DNA of 4,748 nucleotides from a virus (Duplodnaviria; Heunggongvirae; Uroviricota; Caudoviricetes): IMG/VR virus record IMGVR_UViG_2675903396_000016; one strand, 5' to 3'. Shown piece by piece: positions 1 to 4,748 of this stretch (position 1 is its first letter; each line of letters starts with the position of its first letter). The notes under the pieces were generated by a model. It saw only the letters and a program-made list of their open reading frames with translations, ran no database searches and was not told where the DNA came from. The position numbers and the translations under genes were made by a program.

Positions 1-2
1 AC

Positions 3-110
3 GATGAGCAGTTTGATGAAATCAATATCGTTCGTGCTCAGCCAGTATCTGGTGGACGTCTGGGGGTGAAGATTTACCCCATAATGCTTGAAGGGCAGGT
101 CAAAAAATGA
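3..110 (+). CDS. 3' end of an upstream gene, 5' partial, product not recognised
   Basis: Frame open from the window edge, translating ...DEQFDEINIVRAQPVSGGRLGVKIYPIMLEGQVKK*. Its TGA stop (108-110) overlaps the Q start ATG (107-109) as ATGA, an arrangement typical of translationally coupled phage genes. No family recognised. Confidence 0.4.
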   Translation, partial: DEQFDEINIVRAQPVSGGRLGVKIYPIMLEGQVKK

Positions 111-928
111 AACTGGAAGATTTACCGAAATACTACTCCCCAAAATCCCCCGGCCTGACTGATGCATCGGCCTCAACGTCGAAAGATACGCTGAGTATCA
201 CTGATGTGATGGCCGCGCAGGGCATGACACAGAATTGGGCTGAGATGGGGTTTTCTGCGTTCCTTGGGAAAATGGGCATTAGTATGAATGACAGAGAGCG
301 GGCAACAGAATTGCTGACAGAATATGCACTCAGTCGGTGTGATCGCGTGGCGGCGTTAAGAAAACTCCCGGCAGAAATAAAACCGGCAGTGATGCGTATT
401 ATGGCTTCGTATGCGTTTGAAGATTATGCCCGTAGCGCGGCGAGCAAAAAACAGTGCCCCTGTTGTCACGGAAAAAAATTTATTGAAAGCGAGGTTTTTA
501 CAAACAAGATCCAGTATCCGGATGGTAAGCCGCCAGTGTGGGCAAAGTGCACAAAAGGCGTGTATCCGTCTTACTGGGAGGAATGGAAAAAAGTCAGGGA
601 GGTGGTAAAAGTTGCCTGTCCGGAGTGTGGAGGGAAGGGGGAGGTTTCCACCGCCTGTAAAGATTGTCGTGGGCGCGGTGTTGCCATTCATCGTGAAGAG
701 TCGGTAAAACGTGGTATGCCTGTTATCAGAGACTGCCAGCGTTGTGGTGGTCGTGGCTATGAAAGATTACCTTCAACGGAGGCATTTAATGCCATATGTA
801 ATGTAACCGATGCCATATCTCTTGATACATGGAAAAAAACAGTTAAACGTTTTTACGATACGCTGGTGGTGCAGTTTGATATTGAAGAAGCATGGGCAGA
901 ACAACAACTGAAAAAGGTGACCAGATAG
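107..928 (+). CDS. Q: Late-gene antitermination protein Q, lambda-Q family, with four DnaJ-like CxxCxG motifs
   Basis: 273-aa ORF with an AGG Shine-Dalgarno 7 nt upstream of the ATG. The N-terminus (MKLEDLPKYYSPKSP...TDVMAAQGM) and C-terminus (TWKKTVKRFYDTLVVQ...VTR) match my recollection of phage lambda Q. Four cysteine motifs are visible: CPCCHGKK, CPECGGKG, CKDCRGRG, CQRCGGRG. A lambda-type PR' lies immediately downstream. Minus-strand and alternate-frame ORFs inside it are treated as spurious. Confidence 0.85.
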   Translation: MKLEDLPKYYSPKSPGLTDASASTSKDTLSITDVMAAQGMTQNWAEMGFSAFLGKMGISMNDRERATELLTEYALSRCDRVAALRKLPAEIKPAVMRIMASYAFEDYARSAASKKQCPCCHGKKFIESEVFTNKIQYPDGKPPVWAKCTKGVYPSYWEEWKKVREVVKVACPECGGKGEVSTACKDCRGRGVAIHREESVKRGMPVIRDCQRCGGRGYERLPSTEAFNAICNVTDAISLDTWKKTVKRFYDTLVVQFDIEEAWAEQQLKKVTR

Positions 929-933
929 CTTTG

Positions 934-973
934 TTGATTTTTCCCGAATCTGTGGTAAATTTGCCCTAACGAT
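934..973 (+). promoter_or_regulatory. PR'-like late promoter with -10-like sigma70 pause element (qut region)
   Basis: -35 TTGATT (934-939), 16-nt spacer, TGn plus -10 TAAATT (953-961), then AACGAT at 968-973. The stretch TGGTAAATTTGCCCTAACGATGGG (953-976) closely matches lambda PR' as I recall it (GGGTAAATTTGACTCAACGATGGG), including the pause-inducing -10-like repeat in the initial transcribed region. Predicted start near 968. Confidence 0.6.
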
Positions 974-1009
974 GGGCGTTTTATGCCTGACGTTAGAAGA
1001 TTTTTTACA

Positions 1010-1032
1010 CCCGTCGCCAGGCGGGTTTTTTT
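1010..1032 (+). terminator. Rho-independent terminator, tR'-like, about 45-65 nt downstream of the PR' start
   Basis: GC-rich hairpin CCCGUC/GGCGGG (1010-1015 pairing 1020-1025, one G-U pair) with a 4-nt loop, followed by a 7-T run (1026-1032). The GGG-T7-AT tail resembles the lambda tR' 3' end. Confidence 0.55.
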
Positions 1033-1135
1033 ATGACTGAAATCACGCCAGTACAGTAAACGCGCTGGTGGTTGTGAATACCGGTCTTTCAGCTTGCTGG
1101 CTTTTTCGACAAGAGTTATTGGTGTGTCACGTTAA

Positions 1136-1458
1136 CCGGAAAAAGGAAAGTTTGAGAAACGCGATCTGGCACAGGCGGTGATTAACGCCGCATACCTGGT
1201 GGCCTGTGCAGATGGTGAATGTGAGGCTTCCTAGAAAGCGAAGATCGAACAGGTACTGCGTAATCAGCCAGCGCTGTCCGCGTTTACGTCAGAAATTAAT
1301 GCGATTAGCGCAACCATTATCGGTCAGCTGGATACGAACTTTAAAATTGGTCGTCGTGCGGCGTTACGTGAGATCGAGGATGTGAAACACGATACGCGTG
1401 AAGAATGCTGGAAGAGATTGCCGGTGTTCTGGGGCTTCGTCTGGAGAATCACCTGTGA
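1136..1458 (+). pseudogene. Decayed TerB-like (tellurite-resistance TerB fold) gene: 5' truncated, in-frame amber, frameshift
   Basis: Frame 2 (1136-1395) reads PEKGKFEKRDLAQAVINAAYLVACADGECEAS*KAKIEQVLRNQPALSAFTSEINAISATIIGQLDTNFKIGRRAALREIEDVKHDTREE, where VACADGxxxxxEKAKIxxVL is the characteristic TerB pattern. Three lesions: no start codon after the TAA at 1133-1135; an in-frame TAG at 1232-1234 where GAG would be expected; and continuation in frame 1 (1402-1455: RMLEEIAGVLGLRLENHL, stop 1456-1458), implying a 1-nt indel near 1396-1404. Confidence 0.5.
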
Positions 1459-1823
1459 CGGTAAAACTGCGTCTGGCTGTGGCTGCACTCCTGCTGTTTC
1501 TGGTGGTGATGGTGGATTTCACCAGCAGAATCATGTCGGTGCTGGCGGATGGGGGGCTGGTCTGCGGCATTGTGGTATTGCTGTGGCCGGTGATAAAAAG
1601 AAACAGCCTGCATAATGCTTGATTTTTTTGTTTACTGTTTATTAAAAATACTACTGCATGGTGAATCCCCCTGTGCGGAGGGGCAATCAGCAACCAGGTA
1701 TATGGGATAATCGCGGATTCAGGTGCTGGTACTGAATTCACCGGGAGGCACCCGGCACCATGCTTTGCCACAAAAGTGTTATTTCTGTTTTTCTCAAACT
1801 ATCATCGTTATCCCTTTATTTCC

Positions 1824-1850
1824 GGCTGCGCATGGCGCGGCCTTTTTTTT
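1824..1850 (+). terminator. Strong rho-independent terminator upstream of nanS-p
   Basis: 8-bp GC-rich stem GGCUGCGC (1824-1831) pairing GCGCGGCC (1835-1842) with one G-U pair and a 3-5 nt loop, followed by eight T (1843-1850). Confidence 0.6.
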
Positions 1851-1936
1851 ACGACCAGCCACTGGCAGATGGTCATCCTGTGATTTGATTCCGGTTCCGG
1901 CTTTTTAACTCTGTTCCTGTACACGGGAGAAATTCG

Positions 1937-3874
1937 ATGTCGATTAAACATTATGATGTTGTCAGGGCGGCGTCGCCGTCAGACCTTGCGGAAAAGCTGA
2001 CACACAAACTGAAAGAGGGCTGGCAGCCGTTTGGTAGTCCTGTGGCCATAACCCCTTATACCCTGATGCAGGCGATTGCCGCGGAGGGGGATGTGACCAC
2101 GCCAGTGGTTGTGCCCGGCACGGGGGATGGTGGCTATCCGGGAGTGGTCACCACGGAGCCAGATTATTACTACGTTATTCCACTGGCCGGGCAGTCGAAC
2201 GGCATGGCTTACGGTGAGGGGCTTCCTCTGCCGCAGACATATGACCGTCCTGACCCGCGTATAAAGCAACTGGCTCGTCGCAGCACAGTGACGCCGGATG
2301 GCGCTCCCTGTAAATATAACGACATTATTCCGGCAGACCACTGTCTGCATGATGTACAGGACATGAGCCGTCTTAACCATCCGAAAGCTGACCTGTCGAA
2401 AGGTCAGTACGGAACCGTGGGGCAGGGGCTGCATATTGCCAAAAAGCTGCTGCCGTTTATACCGGCGAATGCGGGTATTCTTCTGGTTCCGTGCTGCCGT
2501 GGTGGTTCAGCTTTCACCACCGGGGCAGATGGAACATACAGTGACGTGACCGGTGCCTCAGAGAGTTCTACCCGCTGGGGTGTGGGCAGGCCGCTGTATA
2601 AGGATCTCATCGGTCGTACAAAAGCCGCGCTGGCAAAGAACCCGAAAAATGTGCTGCTTGCCGTGGTGTGGATGCAGGGGGAATTTGACTTTGACGGAAC
2701 GCCAGCAAATCACACAGCCCGTTTTACAGAAGTAGTGGAACAATATCGTACGGACCTTGCAGATATGGTGGGACAGTGCGCTGGTGGTTCTGCTGACGGT
2801 GTTCCCTGGATATGTGGAGACACAACTTATTTCTGGAAGCAGAAGAGCGAATCCACTTACCAGACGGTGTACGGCAGTTACAAAAACAAAACGGAAAAGA
2901 ATATTCACTTTGTGCCGTTCATGACCGATGAGAACGGAGCAAATGTCCCGACGAACAAACCGGAAGAAGACCCGGATATTCCGGCATCAGGATATTACGG
3001 TGCGGCCTCCCGGACGTCGGCAAACTGGACGTCAGCAGACCGTGCGAGCCATTTCAGCTCATGGGCACGCAGGGGGATTATTTCTGACCGTCTTGCCTCA
3101 GCGATTCTTCTCCATGCAGGACGGACGGCTGAACTGGTGGGTGGGGAACAGGTTGTGATGCCGCCGGATGAGAAGCCGTCACCGGACACACCATCAACAC
3201 CGTCAACGGACGGGAAATCAGTGACAACGCTGCTTTATTACCGTGCAACAGAGTCAGGTGGTTTACTGAATCCGCAGGGATGGGGAGCTGAAGGAGGGCG
3301 TGCATTGGTAGTTGATGATGCAGGTGCTGCAGGAGGTAAGGCGCTGAGGTGGACCAAACAGACAGGAAGTTCCTCGTGGTTTATGCAGCATGATGCCGGT
3401 AATGGCGCAGACCTGCTGGAGAAGGGCGGGCTTATCAGTTGTCGTTTTAAAGTTGATGGCACACTGACAGCTAATCAGTACGCACTGGCGCTGTACTGGC
3501 CGGTTTCTTCACTGCCTCAGGGCGTCACACTGGAAGGTAATGCCGGTCATAACCTGCTGGCGTCGTTTTACGTACAGAGCGATGCCACAGACCTTAATGT
3601 GATGTACCACAAGGGAAATGCTGGTCAGAACACGAAGCTGGGGTCATTCGGCGCATTTGATAACGAATGGCATACGCTGGGCTTCCGTTTTGCCGGTAAC
3701 AACAGTATTGAGGTGACGCCGGTCATTGATGGTAAGGACGGGACGCCGTTCATGCTGTCACAGTCACCGGTCGGCACGTTTACGGCAGACAAATTGCGCG
3801 TGACCGATATCACTAGCGGTGCGACATATCCGGTGCTGATTGAAAGTATAACAGTGGAAGTGAATAACCCGTAA
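1937..3874 (+). CDS. nanS-p: Prophage NanS-p-type sialate (9-O-acetyl-Neu5Ac) O-acetylesterase: N-terminal DUF1737-like region, SASA/SGNH-type esterase domain, C-terminal beta-rich domain
   Basis: 645-aa ORF with GGGAGA Shine-Dalgarno (1925-1930) 6 nt before the ATG. The N-terminus MSIKHYDVVRAASPSDLAEKL... and the YYYVIPLAGQSNGMAYGEG block (GQSN serine motif near 2189-2200) match what I recall of NanS-p esterases encoded next to stx in EHEC prophages. A Pro/Ser/Thr linker (PPDEKPSPDTPSTPSTDGKS, about 3158-3220) precedes a C-terminal domain. Antisense and alternate-frame ORFs inside it are spurious. Confidence 0.85.
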   Translation: MSIKHYDVVRAASPSDLAEKLTHKLKEGWQPFGSPVAITPYTLMQAIAAEGDVTTPVVVPGTGDGGYPGVVTTEPDYYYVIPLAGQSNGMAYGEGLPLPQTYDRPDPRIKQLARRSTVTPDGAPCKYNDIIPADHCLHDVQDMSRLNHPKADLSKGQYGTVGQGLHIAKKLLPFIPANAGILLVPCCRGGSAFTTGADGTYSDVTGASESSTRWGVGRPLYKDLIGRTKAALAKNPKNVLLAVVWMQGEFDFDGTPANHTARFTEVVEQYRTDLADMVGQCAGGSADGVPWICGDTTYFWKQKSESTYQTVYGSYKNKTEKNIHFVPFMTDENGANVPTNKPEEDPDIPASGYYGAASRTSANWTSADRASHFSSWARRGIISDRLASAILLHAGRTAELVGGEQVVMPPDEKPSPDTPSTPSTDGKSVTTLLYYRATESGGLLNPQGWGAEGGRALVVDDAGAAGGKALRWTKQTGSSSWFMQHDAGNGADLLEKGGLISCRFKVDGTLTANQYALALYWPVSSLPQGVTLEGNAGHNLLASFYVQSDATDLNVMYHKGNAGQNTKLGSFGAFDNEWHTLGFRFAGNNSIEVTPVIDGKDGTPFMLSQSPVGTFTADKLRVTDITSGATYPVLIESITVEVNNP

Positions 3875-3887
3875 GCAGGAAAAAAAG

Positions 3888-3927
3888 GCCGCCGGGGCAG
3901 GGAAAACAAGGAGCCAGAACCGGCGGC
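3888..3927. repeat. Inverted repeat: 8-bp GC stem with 24-nt loop, just downstream of nanS-p
   Basis: GCCGCCGG (3888-3895) is the exact reverse complement of CCGGCGGC (3920-3927). No T-run follows on the + strand; on the - strand the hairpin is followed by a 7-T run (complement of A7 at 3880-3886). Confidence 0.4.
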
Positions 3928-4021
3928 AAATGTCGTTATATCCAAAGCAAAACATGCAGGACACTTTTTTAACCAACAGGTATTAACGATGTCAACACCA
4001 TATCAATAACCGGGAGGGATA

Positions 4022-4204
4022 ATGAGATTTGTACAGCTTATTTTATTGTATTTCTGCACGGTGGTGTGCACGTTATATCTGGTAAGTGGCGGGTATAAGG
4101 TTATCCGGAACTATATACGCAAAAAGATTGATGCCGCGGCGGCGGAAAAAATCAGCGCCAGCCAGTCAGCCGGAACAAAACCCGAAGAGCCTCTCATTTC
4201 GTAG
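4022..4204 (+). CDS. Hypothetical small membrane protein (60 aa, one predicted TM helix)
   Basis: GGAGG Shine-Dalgarno (4013-4017) shortly upstream of the ATG at 4022. N-terminal hydrophobic segment FVQLILLYFCTVVCTLYLVS followed by a basic stretch (RNYIRKK). Lies in the late operon between nanS-p and the holin. No family recognised. Confidence 0.45.
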   Translation: MRFVQLILLYFCTVVCTLYLVSGGYKVIRNYIRKKIDAAAAEKISASQSAGTKPEEPLIS

Positions 4205-4241
4205 CAACTTTCTTAACAACACCTTTCAACGAGAAAATCCC

Positions 4242-4511
4242 ATGTCAGAAATAAAATCTCTGGTCACTGCTGAAGCAGTGAAGGACGTCCTGCGCTCTGA
4301 AGAAGTCAGAAGCGCACTGAAACAGCAACTCCGCCAGAATCTTGAGGCGCGTCTTGATGCTGAAGTGGATGCCATTCTGGATGAGCTGCTGGGGGGACCG
4401 GCTGCTCCTGAGCCTGAAGACGGCGCGGGTGACAGTGCTGTTTCAGATGGCGTTGTGTCTCAGCCTGACGGTAGCAGTGAGCCTCAGCCTGGCGGCGAAA
4501 TGATGATGTAA
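4242..4511 (+). CDS. Hypothetical small protein (89 aa): helical N-terminal half, acidic low-complexity tail; possibly a DUF826-like prophage protein
   Basis: ATG at 4242 preceded by GAGAAAA (4231-4237); chosen over the upstream GTG at 4086 of the ORF track because that extension overlaps the 4022-4204 ORF and lacks an RBS. Sequence MSEIKSLVTAEAVKDVLRSEEVRSALKQQLRQNLEARLDAEVDAILDELLGG followed by a Pro/Glu/Asp/Ser/Gly-rich tail. The family assignment is a recollection, not verified. Confidence 0.55.
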   Translation: MSEIKSLVTAEAVKDVLRSEEVRSALKQQLRQNLEARLDAEVDAILDELLGGPAAPEPEDGAGDSAVSDGVVSQPDGSSEPQPGGEMMM

Positions 4512-4586
4512 CCATACGCAGGGGCTGTCGGTGTGAGCTGATGCCCCTCCTGTTGTTGTGAGCTTCCGGATTGCGGGAGACGGGGT

Positions 4587-4748
4587 ATGTACCAGATGGA
4601 AAAAATCACAACGGGTGTGTCATACACCACGTCAGCGGTGGGGACGGGATACTGGTTACTGCAGCTGCTGGACAAAGTCTCTCCGTCCCAGTGGGTGGCG
4701 ATAGGTGAGCTGGGGAGTCTGCTGTTTGGGCTGCTGACATATCTGACG
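4587..4748 (+). CDS. S: Phage holin S (class II / pinholin-like, dual-start motif), 3' partial at window end
   Basis: GGGAGA Shine-Dalgarno (4575-4580) 6 nt before ATG 4587. Translation [54 protein letters not shown]... has Met1 and Met4 as the classic holin/antiholin dual start and matches my recollection of Stx-phage and phage-21-type S holins. The frame is open to the last base of the window. Confidence 0.8.
   Translation, partial: MYQMEKITTGVSYTTSAVGTGYWLLQLLDKVSPSQWVAIGELGSLLFGLLTYLT

Noticed and set aside
356-691. Minus-strand 111-aa ORF and plus-strand 65-aa ORF (411-608) inside the Q gene
   Set aside because: Both are fully embedded in, or out of frame with, a strongly supported + strand gene; they have no ribosome-binding site and a low-complexity translation.
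1382-1615. Plus-strand 77-aa ORF from the ORF track
   Set aside because: It is the frame-2 continuation of the TerB-like remnant past the frameshift; downstream of about 1400 the translation becomes Gly/Trp-rich nonsense, so it is read-through rather than a gene.
1738-1762. CCGGG-aggca-CCCGG hairpin followed by CACCA, resembling a tRNA 3' end
   Set aside because: No upstream cloverleaf and no GTTCRANNC T-loop motif anywhere in 1036-1936, so it is not a tRNA, at most a small hairpin.
1364-1771. Minus-strand 135-aa ORF across the pseudogene region
   Set aside because: Ser/Thr/Pro/Ala-rich low-complexity translation, no ribosome-binding site, and antisense to the recognisable TerB-like reading frames.
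1723-1908. Plus-strand 61-aa ORF spanning the second terminator
   Set aside because: It contains the terminator hairpin and T-run within its coding frame, has no ribosome-binding site, and an implausible composition.
1036-1936. Search for stx, tRNA genes, CRISPR repeats or transposase ends in the Q to nanS-p interval
   Set aside because: No toxin-like ORF, no tRNA structure, no spaced direct repeats and no terminal inverted repeats were seen; only the pseudogene, a short tandem TTCCGG repeat and the terminator.
1979-3976. Eight minus-strand ORFs (60-151 aa) and two alternate-frame + ORFs (2553-2735, 2928-3158) overlapping nanS-p
   Set aside because: Antisense or out-of-frame ORFs expected by chance in a GC-rich 1.9-kb gene. 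Their translations are Arg/Pro/Ser-rich and unlike real proteins, while the + frame gives a recognisable multi-domain enzyme.
3961-4021. Possible independent promoter for the small ORFs (TATTAA and TATCAA -10-like hexamers)
   Set aside because: No acceptable -35 element at 16-18 nt spacing; these genes are more simply explained as part of the PR' late transcript.
4086-4241. N-terminal extension of the 4086-4511 ORF (GTG start)
   Set aside because: The extension overlaps the better-supported 4022-4204 ORF in another frame, is Arg/Lys/Ser-rich, and lacks a ribosome-binding site; the ATG at 4242 is preferred.
4306-4675. Minus-strand ORFs 4306-4515 and 4484-4675
   Set aside because: Antisense to the small acidic protein gene and the holin start, His/Gln/Pro-rich translations, no ribosome-binding site.

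Overview
This window reads as the early/late junction of a lambdoid (lambda/Stx-phage-like) prophage from an enterobacterial genome, with every supported gene on the + strand. In order: the 3' end of an upstream gene; a lambda-Q-family late antiterminator (107-928); a lambda-like PR' late promoter with a sigma70-pause element (934-973); a close tR'-like intrinsic terminator (1010-1032); a decayed TerB-like pseudogene (1136-1458); a second strong intrinsic terminator (1824-1850); a 645-aa NanS-p-type sialate O-acetylesterase cargo gene (1937-3874); two small ORFs (4022-4204, 4242-4511); and the start of a dual-start S holin running off the window end (4587-4748). No tRNA, rRNA, CRISPR array, transposase or toxin gene was found. 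I do not see a clearly undescribed system; the most interesting material is the cargo slot between Q and the lysis cassette (where Stx phages carry tRNAs and stx), the expanded zinc-binding region of Q, and the two uncharacterised small ORFs before the holin. All homology statements rest on recognition from memory and reading of motifs, not on database searches.
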